Shown here piece after piece: positions 18,771 through 26,710 of a DNA stretch of 64,000 nt. The notes under the pieces were generated by a model. The model had not been told where the DNA came from, did no database searches, and saw nothing but the letters and a program-made list of their open reading frames with translations. The stretch's first letter is position 1; each line of letters begins with the position of its first letter. The position numbers and the translations under genes are program-made. Source of the DNA: Candidatus Micrarchaeota archaeon (GTDB lineage: Archaea; Micrarchaeota; Micrarchaeia; Anstonellales; Bilamarchaeaceae); the NCBI GenBank assembly GCA_041694885.1, contig JBGFRX010000028.1, positions 3,001-67,000 of the forward strand, in the 5' to 3' direction.

Positions 18771-19448
18771 ATGCCCGACTATTTTTCACTCGCAATTTCC
18801 GTGTTCGTGGTGAACGTAGTTCCAGCGTTCATGCCCCCAACATGGGTGGTTCTTGCGCTCGCGAAGATAAACGACCCTTCATTCGATCCGCTCATGCTCA
18901 CGCTCGTAGGCGCGCTCTCCTCCACCGCAGGAAGAGCGGTCCTTGCTTTCTATTCCTCGTTCTTCAGGCGCTTCTTCACAAAGGAACTTGCAAAGCACGC
19001 CGAGGAAATAAAAAAATTCTTCGAGAAAAAAGGAAAGGAGCTTTTCGCAGGCACATTCCTCTATTCACTCAGCCCTTTCCCAAGCAACCTCGTATTCATA
19101 GCGAAGGGGTTCACCAGCGTGGATTGGAAGCCCGTGTTCTCCGGCTTCTTTTTCGGCAGGCTCGTCTCCTATTTCATCCTCATAGCGCTTTCCGAAAACA
19201 TCTTCTCCACACTCAACAACTATTTTAAAAATGAGCAGACAGTTAGATATCTGTTCGATGTGCTGGGAATAATAGCAGCATTCTCCATATTATTCATTCA
19301 TTGGGAAAAACTTTTAGGTGGGAAAAATCTTGTCGCCACCGGGCGACAATCTATTTTTCACAAAAGCATGAACAAAAATGGTGAAAAATATGGCAAGCAA
19401 AAAAGCAAAAGCAGCGGAAAAGGCGCTCGGATATGTGAAGGAAAATAG
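18771..19448 (+). CDS. small multi-TM membrane protein (DedA/VTT-like?)
   Basis: 225 aa, mostly hydrophobic. The pattern VVPAFMPPTWVVLALA resembles the DedA re-entrant motif. The C-terminal tail overlaps the rpiA start. Confidence 0.4.
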   Translation: MPDYFSLAISVFVVNVVPAFMPPTWVVLALAKINDPSFDPLMLTLVGALSSTAGRAVLAFYSSFFRRFFTKELAKHAEEIKKFFEKKGKELFAGTFLYSLSPFPSNLVFIAKGFTSVDWKPVFSGFFFGRLVSYFILIALSENIFSTLNNYFKNEQTVRYLFDVLGIIAAFSILFIHWEKLLGGKNLVATGRQSIFHKSMNKNGEKYGKQKSKSSGKGARICEGK

Positions 19449-20055
19449 CATAATAGGGTTGGGCTCAGGAACCACTGCTGCTGAATTCATCCGGCTTCTG
19501 GGCGAAAAAGCGCAAAGGGGATTTGAAATGGATGCATGCGTTCCGACCTCGTTCGATTCGCGCATCCACGCGATAAAATACGGGCTTTCCCGCTATTTGT
19601 GCGACCCTGATCAGGTGAAGAAGATTGATATCGCAGTGGACGGAGCAGACGCAATTGCCGATGGTTGCGTGATAAAAGGAGGAGGAGCTGCGCTCACGAA
19701 GGAAAAGGTCGTCGCGTACAATTCCGGGCAATTCATGGTGATAGTGGACGATTCCAAGATAACCAGGACGAAAAAGGCGACAGTGGCGCTCGAATGCATA
19801 AAGTTCTCCGCTCCATTCGTATTGAAAACGCTGGAGAAGCTTGGCTATAAAGCCGCGATAAGAACCGGCACAGGAAAAGTGGGGCCGATAATAAGCGACA
19901 ACAACAATTTCATAATTGATGCGGAAATTGAGATAAAAAACGCCGCAAACCTTGAAGGGATGCTCAACCAGATTCCAGGCGTTTTGGAGAACGGGATATT
20001 CACGAAATTCGACAAAATAATCGTGGGAACTGAAAAGGGAGCTTACGAACTTTAG
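19390..20055 (+). CDS. rpiA: ribose-5-phosphate isomerase A
   Basis: MASKKAKAAEKALGYVKENSIIGLGSGTTAAEFI..DGADAI..; GLGSGST-type motif. An earlier in-frame ATG exists at 19378. Confidence 0.8.
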   Translation: MASKKAKAAEKALGYVKENSIIGLGSGTTAAEFIRLLGEKAQRGFEMDACVPTSFDSRIHAIKYGLSRYLCDPDQVKKIDIAVDGADAIADGCVIKGGGAALTKEKVVAYNSGQFMVIVDDSKITRTKKATVALECIKFSAPFVLKTLEKLGYKAAIRTGTGKVGPIISDNNNFIIDAEIEIKNAANLEGMLNQIPGVLENGIFTKFDKIIVGTEKGAYEL

Positions 20056-21239
20056 TGCCTTTCTCCCTTCCTCAGTGCAAGGAACATGAGCACAGCAGCC
20101 GAGACGCTGATTATGAACGAGAATATGAAAGTTGCGTGGAAGCCCGCGACATCCACATCCCAGAGCAGCCCTGCGATGAGATTGGCGGGAAGCACGAGCA
20201 CTCCGGTAGCGCCCTGATAGAATCCGATCGCTGTCCCGTAGCTCCTATTCTTCACGAGACGCGCGACGAATGTGCGGGGCGTAGTCTCCAAGATGGCCAT
20301 TACTATCCCGAAGAGCGCGAAAAACACCATGAAAAGGAGGTCGTTCGCGAACGCGAAACCAAAAAGAGTAAGCGCGAAAAGCAAGTATGCGAGCGCCATC
20401 ATCTTCTTCCCTCCGAATCTGTCAGTTAGCGCTCCTACGGGCATCGCGGAAAGAGTGTAGCTTATGTTGTAGACAATATATCCGAAAATCGCGATGAGCA
20501 CGCTATTCGTTATCTCATGCGCCTTGAGTATGAAGAACGCGTTGCTGAACTGTGCGAGCGCGAAAAGCACGCCGAGAACGGTCATGCTCCTGTAATTCTC
20601 GTTTTCCCACGCCCATCTGATTATATTTTTTCCATCCACTCCATTCCTCGTTTTTATGTCGCTCACGAATTTCCAGATTATCGCGACTCCGAGAAGAGCA
20701 GGAAGAACCGCAATCAGGAATATCGCCCTGTACGTTCCTTCCTCTCCCAATCCAGGAAGCATGTACGCGACGAGCGCCGCAGTAATCAGCGGCCCTGCTA
20801 TCGCGCCCGCGGAATCCATCATCTTCCTGAACCCAAACGCCTTGCCTAAGTTCTCCTTTTTCTCGCTGTAGGTTATTATCGCGTCGCGCGGCACCCCGCG
20901 TATCCCTTTCCCGAAGCGTTCGATCATCTTTATTCCAAGTACCTGCTGCCAGCCGGTCGTGAACGCGAAAAATATTTTCATCACGGAGGAGATGAAGTAG
21001 CCCCAGGTGCTCATCCACTTCCTTTTCCCGAACCGGTCGCTTATGTAGCCCGAGAGTGTCCTGAACATAGCGACTATGAGGTCCGAAATTCCCTCTATCA
21101 ATCCAATTACGAAAGCGTTCGCCTTGAGCACGTTCACCAAAAACAGGGGCATTATGGGCGTTATCATTTCCGTGCTCACGTCCACCAAAAAGCTTACTAT
21201 TCCGAGCGAGGTGGTATTCCTGCTGAGCTTAAGTACCAT
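20052..21239 (-). CDS. MFS transporter
   Basis: 395 aa with 12 predicted TM segments and the MFS signature RTLSGYISDRFGKRK between TM2 and TM3. Confidence 0.85.
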   Translation of the reverse strand: MVLKLSRNTTSLGIVSFLVDVSTEMITPIMPLFLVNVLKANAFVIGLIEGISDLIVAMFRTLSGYISDRFGKRKWMSTWGYFISSVMKIFFAFTTGWQQVLGIKMIERFGKGIRGVPRDAIITYSEKKENLGKAFGFRKMMDSAGAIAGPLITAALVAYMLPGLGEEGTYRAIFLIAVLPALLGVAIIWKFVSDIKTRNGVDGKNIIRWAWENENYRSMTVLGVLFALAQFSNAFFILKAHEITNSVLIAIFGYIVYNISYTLSAMPVGALTDRFGGKKMMALAYLLFALTLFGFAFANDLLFMVFFALFGIVMAILETTPRTFVARLVKNRSYGTAIGFYQGATGVLVLPANLIAGLLWDVDVAGFHATFIFSFIISVSAAVLMFLALRKGERH

Positions 21240-21291
21240 GCGCGTTTTTCTCGAAAGCCGTTTAAATACATTATCTCATCAATTCCAGTTC

Positions 21292-21786
21292 ATGTACATT
21301 GTTCCGGAAGAAATGCGAGCAGTTCTCAGGAGGCCGGTCGGCGCACTAATGCAATTCGACGATTTCGTTTTGAAATACGGAAAGAGGAAAATAATCGCAG
21401 TAGGGGACATAGTTACGCTCTCCCTTCTTTCCAGCGGCATAGCGCCCTTCATCGCCGTCTACGATTTCAGGACATTGCGCAGCAAGCTGGGCGATGAAGA
21501 GCAGGGCAAAATCAGAGCACACTATCCAAAGCCCGAAACCGCGAACAATCCTCCGGGCACGATAACCGAAGAACTGGAGAATAAGGCAGCAGAAATTTCC
21601 AGAAGAGGGGGCGCTCTTTTCGTGAATGGAGAAGAGGATCTCGCGGCACTCGCGTTCATGCTCGTTTCTCCTCCTGAATGCGTAATAATATACGGCCAGC
21701 CGTACGAAGGGGTAGTAGCAGTGGAATGCGGAGAAGAAGCGAAAAAAAAAGCAAGGGGCTTTTTCAAAAAAATGGAAAGGAAATAG
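21292..21786 (+). CDS. DUF359 protein (probable GTP-dependent dephospho-CoA kinase)
   Basis: MYIVPEEMRAVLRRPVG...KIIAVGDIVTLSLLSSGIAPFIAVYDFRTLR matches the conserved archaeal DUF359 core. Start chosen at the internal ATG at 21292; the upstream part of the long ORF looks non-coding. Confidence 0.5.
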   Translation: MYIVPEEMRAVLRRPVGALMQFDDFVLKYGKRKIIAVGDIVTLSLLSSGIAPFIAVYDFRTLRSKLGDEEQGKIRAHYPKPETANNPPGTITEELENKAAEISRRGGALFVNGEEDLAALAFMLVSPPECVIIYGQPYEGVVAVECGEEAKKKARGFFKKMERK

Positions 21787-21828
21787 GGACTTGCAAAAAC
21801 AAAACACGAAATCGGAAAGCTGGAACGC

Positions 21829-22023
21829 TTAGCCGCTTCCGCCGCCTTTGCCGAACATGTAGAGCAGCGCGTAAGTGAGCACCCCGCTCACCATCCCTAT
21901 TCCTGCAAGAAGCATTATGTCCTCTTCGGCGCGTATGCTCATCCACATGTAGGCTATTCCGTAGCCCACCACTGCAGCAGCTATGAGCCGCAGCAAGTTC
22001 AAGATCGTTTTGGATGCGGACAT
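21829..22023 (-). CDS. small membrane protein (about 64 aa)
   Basis: MSASKTILNLLRLIAAAVVGYGIAYMWM... with two hydrophobic helices. It lies 2 nt after the PRC-barrel gene stop. Confidence 0.3.
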   Translation of the reverse strand: MSASKTILNLLRLIAAAVVGYGIAYMWMSIRAEEDIMLLAGIGMVSGVLTYALLYMFGKGGGSG

Positions 22024-22024
22024 G

Positions 22025-22276
22025 TTATTGCTCGCCGCCCGCCTGTACTTTCGCCACAACTATGACGTCTTCGACGGACTTTACGTTCTTGTACATTACG
22101 CTTTTTTCCCTGAGCACTCTCTTCGCTTCGTCCTTCGAAGCAGGAAGCGGCTCGAGGAGCACTCGTACCACTTCGCCGCTTTCGGTGTCGAGGATGAAGT
22201 CCTGGGCATTTCCTATGAACTTACCGCTATCGGTAAATATGTCCATGCCGTACATCCTGGATAATTTCGTCGTCAT
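22025..22276 (-). CDS. PRC-barrel domain protein
   Basis: MYGMDIFTDSGKFIGNAQDFILDTESGEVVRVLL is typical of archaeal PRC-barrel proteins. Confidence 0.6.
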   Translation of the reverse strand: MTTKLSRMYGMDIFTDSGKFIGNAQDFILDTESGEVVRVLLEPLPASKDEAKRVLREKSVMYKNVKSVEDVIVVAKVQAGGEQ

Positions 22277-22337
22277 TTCATCACCTTGGCTGATCACTCA
22301 TACGCTCATGTTAGAAGACCTAATTTTAAAATTCTTA

Positions 22338-22784
22338 CTATACGAAGTCCGGCGCTCCCGGGAACGCGGCGAGCACTATTTTTGTGTTCACGCGCTGCAC
22401 TCCCTCGGTGCTGTTTATCTCATTCACCAGTTTTCCGAGCTCCTCTATGTCCCTGCATACCACTATTGCTATTCCATCGTATTCGCCGGTGGTGCGATAG
22501 GCATGGTGCACGAAAGGCAGCCGTGCGATCTTCTTCATTGCCACCTCGGTCCTGCCTTCTATGTCTATCTGTATCACCGCGCTTACTCCGTAGCCCAGCT
22601 TTTTGTAATCAATAGTCGCAGAATAGCCGGTTATTACCCCCGCTGCCTCCAGTCGCCTTATGCGCTCCATCACAGTGTTCGGGTGTATCCTTAGCTCTTT
22701 CGCGATCTCGCGATGGGAGCGCTTGGTATTCCTCATCAAAAGCCGCAGGATTCCCACATCCTTGTCGTCGTAATCGTAAGCCAT
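22338..22784 (-). CDS. lrp: Lrp/AsnC family transcriptional regulator
   Basis: HTH RSHREIAKELRIHPNTVMERIRRLEAAGVI plus a C-terminal RAM domain. Start taken at MAYDYD. Confidence 0.85.
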   Translation of the reverse strand: MAYDYDDKDVGILRLLMRNTKRSHREIAKELRIHPNTVMERIRRLEAAGVITGYSATIDYKKLGYGVSAVIQIDIEGRTEVAMKKIARLPFVHHAYRTTGEYDGIAIVVCRDIEELGKLVNEINSTEGVQRVNTKIVLAAFPGAPDFV

Positions 22785-22905
22785 AGTTGTTATAATAACA
22801 CAATATTCTTTTAAATCTATGTGCAAAACCACAATGAAATCGCAAAAACTTATTTATATATCATTAACAGCATAGACAAGCGACTGCAATGTCGAGGTGG
22901 GAACC

Positions 22906-23190
22906 ATGGTTGGAGTGGAAGCGAAAAGAAAGGCAAGCGGAATAATAAGGGAGCTCGAAACCACCATAAACAATTACAGTTCCATCTCGGCCGGCTTCAG
23001 CCGCATAATAGAGCTGGGCAGGGCGCTGCGCGATGCTGCGTTCAGCGCGCGCGGACTCGAGGAAGAAGAGAGAGAAGAGGCATTCGAGCTCCTCAGGCAC
23101 GCGAAGCTGATAGCACTCGCGCAGTCGGATGCTGAAAAACGCATCTGGCGGCTCCAGATGGTGGAGGACGACCTGAGAAGAGTCGCCTGA
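22906..23190 (+). CDS. small helical hypothetical protein (94 aa)
   Basis: The ATG at 22906 is preceded by the SD GAGGTGG at 22894-22900. The sequence is charged and coiled-coil-like. Confidence 0.4.
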   Translation: MVGVEAKRKASGIIRELETTINNYSSISAGFSRIIELGRALRDAAFSARGLEEEEREEAFELLRHAKLIALAQSDAEKRIWRLQMVEDDLRRVA

Positions 23191-23330
23191 TTTTTCCCTT
23201 TTTTAAATTTTTCCCATCCAATGGCTTCATCCAATAATCCGAAATACGTCTGTTTTTGCGAACCCGGACAGAGGATAAGTTTATGCATGCATTCTGCATT
23301 ATCCTAGCATGGGAAACCCAAGGAAAAGGG

Positions 23331-23478
23331 TGAAGCACCACGGGCCAATCCTGCGGACTTCGTCCGCAATCCCTTCAGCAAAGCTGAAGGAGCCCGTGGC
23401 TTCAGATGTTGATGGCTTTAGGTGGAAGCCGTGCCTATTGGTGAACAACGCTGGCTTCCGCGCACCCGTGGTGCTTCA
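23331..23478. ncRNA. candidate structured RNA (about 148 nt) in the intergenic region upstream of gyrA
   Basis: A 14-bp closing helix UGAAGCACCACGGG (23331-23344) pairs with CCCGUGGUGCUUCA (23465-23478). Two perfect 7-bp hairpins lie inside: TGCGGAC-TTC-GTCCGCA at 23352-23368 and CTTCAGC-AAA-GCTGAAG at 23373-23389. An internal near-copy CCCGUGGCUUCAG at 23392-23404 could pair alternatively with the 5' strand. On the opposite strand the helix is followed by CCCTTTTCCTT. Confidence 0.3.
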
Positions 23479-23602
23479 GTGAAAAAAGCCGCGGAGAAAA
23501 TAAAAAACCGCGCTTGGGCAGGGATATCTTTTTAAACCTCGGCTGCAATATTTTTACGCAACATTTTACGACGATGAATAGTGCTGATCAGGTGCGGAAA
23601 GA

Positions 23603-26032
23603 ATGAGTGGAATAATCCCAATACCCATAGAGCGCGACATGAAAGATTCTTACCTCGACTACGCGATGAGCGTAATAATAGGGAGGGCGCTTCCGGACGT
23701 GCGGGACGGACTTAAGCCGGTGCACAGAAGAATACTTTTCGGGATGCACGAGCTCGGGAACACGCACAACAAGCCGTACAAGAAAAGCGCGAGAATAGTG
23801 GGTGAAATCCTGGGCAAATTCCATCCCCACGGCGACGCTGCGATTTACGACTCTTTGGTGAGGATGGCGCAGGACTTTTCCCTCAGATATACTCTCATCG
23901 ATGGTCAGGGAAATTGGGGTAGCGTAGATGGGGACTCGGCTGCAGCAATGAGATACAGTGAATGCCGCATGACCCTGCTTGCTGAGGAGATGCTCGCGGA
24001 CATAGAAAAGGGGACAGTTGTGTTCAGCCCGAATTTCGACGGAACGCTCAAGGAGCCGGCAGTGCTTCCTTCAAAGGTGCCTGTGCTGCTCATCAACGGC
24101 TCTTCCGGAATAGCGGTGGGTATGGCTACGAATATCCCACCGCACAATTTGGGTGAAATAACTGATGCACTCGTCGCGATTATAGACGGCGCTGACGAGG
24201 AAAAGGTGCTGCGCATCGTCTCAGGTCCTGATTTCCCCACAGGAGGGACGATAATGGGCAGAAGCGGGATTTACGAGGCGTACAAAACAGGGAGAGGAAT
24301 AATACGTCTGCGGGCGAAGATAGAGGTTGACGAGAAGGGAAGGAAGCTGATTGTGCGCGAAATACCATACCAGATTACCAAGACGGCGATAATAGAGGCG
24401 ATTGCAGAAGCAGCGAAGGAAAAGCGCATTGAGGGTATTTCAGGCATACACGACAGGAGCGACAAAGAGGGGATGGAAGTAATAATAGAATTGAAGAAGG
24501 ATGCGGTTGCCGAAGTGGTGCTCAACCAGCTCTACGCGCACACGCCGCTCGAGTCCTCATTCGGTACAATCAATATCGCGCTCGTGAACAATGCGCCAAA
24601 GACGCTTTCGCTCCACGAAATGCTCGGGCATTTCGTCGCATTCAGGCAGGAGGTTGTGAGGAAGAGGAGCATATTCGAAAAAGAACAGGCACGGGCACGG
24701 GCACATATACTTCAAGGGCTCACCGTCGCACTCGTGAATATAGACAGAATTATACCGTTCCTGAAATCGAGCACTGATGTAAAGGTAGCGAAGGCAGGAC
24801 TCATGGAAGAATATTCGCTCAGCGAGAAGCAGGCTGATGCGATAGTGGAGATGAAGCTTAGGGCGCTCACCGGCCTCGAAAGAGAGAAAATAGAAAAGGA
24901 GCTCGCGGAGCTGAAAAACCGGATCGTGTGGCTCGAAAGCGTGCTCGCAGATGAAAAGAGAATACTTGGTATAATAAAGGACGAACTTTTGGAAATAAGG
25001 AAAAAATACGCGGACGCGAGAAGGACGAAAATAGAAGAGGTGGCTGACGAGCGCACCGCAGAAGACCTCATTCCGAACGAGGACGTGGTGGTATTCATAA
25101 GTCACCGGGGATATGTGAAGCGCGTACTCCTGGACGAGTACAGAACGCAGAAAAGGGGCGGAAAAGGAGTAGTTGGAATGGAGACGAAGGATGAGGACTT
25201 TGTTGAGGATGTCATAGTGACGAGGACGCACGACTACCTGCTCTTCTTCATGGACAAAGGAAGGGTGCACTGGCTCAAGGCGTACGAAATCCCGGAAGGA
25301 GGAAGGTATGCAGGAGGAAAGCCAGTCGTGAACCTGCTTGACCTCAGGGAGGAGAAGGTAAGCGCATGGATTCCCATGAAGGCATTTTCCGAAAAGGAAT
25401 TCCTCGTGATGATAACCAAAAACGGGATTGTGAAAAGGATAGGCGCGGACGCGTTCGCGAATCCGAGGAAAGGGGGAATAATAGCAATTACGCTCAAGGA
25501 GGGCGACTCGCTCATGGAAGTGAAGAAGACGAATGGAAACATGAAAGTATTCATCGCGACAAAGGATGGGTATGCGATAAAGTTCAGCGAAAACGACGCG
25601 CGGGAAATAGGGAGAACAGGGCAGGGCGTGATAGGGATACGGCTACGCGAAAAGGATGAAGTGATAGGAGCAACGGTGTGCGACAAGCCCAGCGTGCTAA
25701 CCATGACCGAGAACGGGTACGGGAAAAGGACTTCTTTTGAGGAGTATAGAGTGCAGACACGGGGCGGAATGGGAGTGACGAACCTGAACTGCACGGAAAA
25801 AACCGGCGCAGTGATTGGGGTGAAGGCAGTTGACGATGAAGATGAGATAATAGTGACGAGCTCCAAAGGGCAGACGATACGCTCGTCTGTGAAGGACATA
25901 CGCGTGATAGGCAGGAATACGCAGGGTGTAAGGATAATAAAACTGGATGAAGGGGAAAAAGTCGCTTCGTTCGCGATTGTACATAAAGAAAACGGTGAGA
26001 AAGGCGAAAGCGAGGCGACACCAAGTGCTTAA
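23603..26032 (+). CDS. gyrA: DNA gyrase subunit A
   Basis: 809 aa. The N-terminus DYAMSVIIGRALPDVRDGLKPVHRRIL contains the active-site region. C-terminal beta-pinwheel repeats are present. Confidence 0.9.
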   Translation: MSGIIPIPIERDMKDSYLDYAMSVIIGRALPDVRDGLKPVHRRILFGMHELGNTHNKPYKKSARIVGEILGKFHPHGDAAIYDSLVRMAQDFSLRYTLIDGQGNWGSVDGDSAAAMRYSECRMTLLAEEMLADIEKGTVVFSPNFDGTLKEPAVLPSKVPVLLINGSSGIAVGMATNIPPHNLGEITDALVAIIDGADEEKVLRIVSGPDFPTGGTIMGRSGIYEAYKTGRGIIRLRAKIEVDEKGRKLIVREIPYQITKTAIIEAIAEAAKEKRIEGISGIHDRSDKEGMEVIIELKKDAVAEVVLNQLYAHTPLESSFGTINIALVNNAPKTLSLHEMLGHFVAFRQEVVRKRSIFEKEQARARAHILQGLTVALVNIDRIIPFLKSSTDVKVAKAGLMEEYSLSEKQADAIVEMKLRALTGLEREKIEKELAELKNRIVWLESVLADEKRILGIIKDELLEIRKKYADARRTKIEEVADERTAEDLIPNEDVVVFISHRGYVKRVLLDEYRTQKRGGKGVVGMETKDEDFVEDVIVTRTHDYLLFFMDKGRVHWLKAYEIPEGGRYAGGKPVVNLLDLREEKVSAWIPMKAFSEKEFLVMITKNGIVKRIGADAFANPRKGGIIAITLKEGDSLMEVKKTNGNMKVFIATKDGYAIKFSENDAREIGRTGQGVIGIRLREKDEVIGATVCDKPSVLTMTENGYGKRTSFEEYRVQTRGGMGVTNLNCTEKTGAVIGVKAVDDEDEIIVTSSKGQTIRSSVKDIRVIGRNTQGVRIIKLDEGEKVASFAIVHKENGEKGESEATPSA

Positions 26033-26035
26033 AAA

Positions 26036-26148
26036 TAAAGTTTTTTCGATTTTCCGAAAAAAGAACGAGCGATATGGATTTAACTTCATAAAATCGCATT
26101 TTATATCGTAAGTTCGAACTGTCATGGAAAAATCCAGACGCTTACAGG
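26036..26148. repeat. intergenic repeat family B, copy 1 (about 113 bp; 56-bp perfect core)
   Basis: TAAAGTTTTTTCGAT...TAACTTCATAAAATCGCATTTTATATCGTAAGTTCGAACTGTCATGGAAAAATCCA recurs at 28652-28766. It contains the TATA-like TTTTATATCG and the palindromes AAAATCGCATTTT and GTTCGAAC. Confidence 0.8.
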
Positions 26149-26184
26149 TCATCTGCGGGTTTTTTATATCACTTTGAATGAAAT

Positions 26185-26709
26185 ATGTTCGTGGCTGAGA
26201 GTATACAATCGGTGAAAAAGGGCAAAGAAGTGGAACTGCCGAGCGAAAGGATAGAACGAGAACGAAGGCAGCGGAATGATTTTCTTAAATCGCCTTTGGG
26301 AAAAACGGAGTTTACCGCTGCTCTAGAAAAACTCAAGAGCGGGAATCCTGAAGACCGAATAGCCGGAGCTAAGAAACTTGGGGACTTAAAGGCCTTGGAA
26401 GGTTTTGAAGCTCTCTTAGATCGCCTGAGGGGAGAAGAGGATAAATCTGTCAGGATAGCAGTTCTTTGTGCAATTAGAGAGGTTGCTGGTTGGAATGAAG
26501 GCCAGGTTCTAACAAAAGGAATCGAACCTTTGAAAAAGATAATCCTAACTGAAAATTACGAAGTTGCAAAGGAGGCGATATGGGGGCTTGCAATGTGTGG
26601 GGATACACGCACAATGCTTCCTATACTCTCGCAATTGCGGAGTAAGATAAAAAACGAAGATTTGAAATACGAGATAAACCACGCTTTGGAGCGGATTTCA
26701 TATAGATAG
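26185..26709 (+). CDS. HEAT-repeat (PBS-lyase-like) protein
   Basis: 174 aa with repeated units NPEDRIAGAKKLGDLKA / EDKSVRIAVLCAIREVAG / YEVAKEAIWGLAMCGD, typical of HEAT_2/PBS lyase repeats. Confidence 0.6.
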   Translation: MFVAESIQSVKKGKEVELPSERIERERRQRNDFLKSPLGKTEFTAALEKLKSGNPEDRIAGAKKLGDLKALEGFEALLDRLRGEEDKSVRIAVLCAIREVAGWNEGQVLTKGIEPLKKIILTENYEVAKEAIWGLAMCGDTRTMLPILSQLRSKIKNEDLKYEINHALERISYR

Positions 26710-26710
26710 G

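Noticed and set aside
25584-26099. ORFs beginning MRFYEV at 25584..26099 and 28534..28722 on the minus strand
   Set aside because: Both starts are generated by the reverse complement of repeat family B, AACTTCATAAAATCGCAT giving ATGCGATTTTATGAAGTT. The downstream sequences are unrelated to each other. They are an artefact of the repeat.
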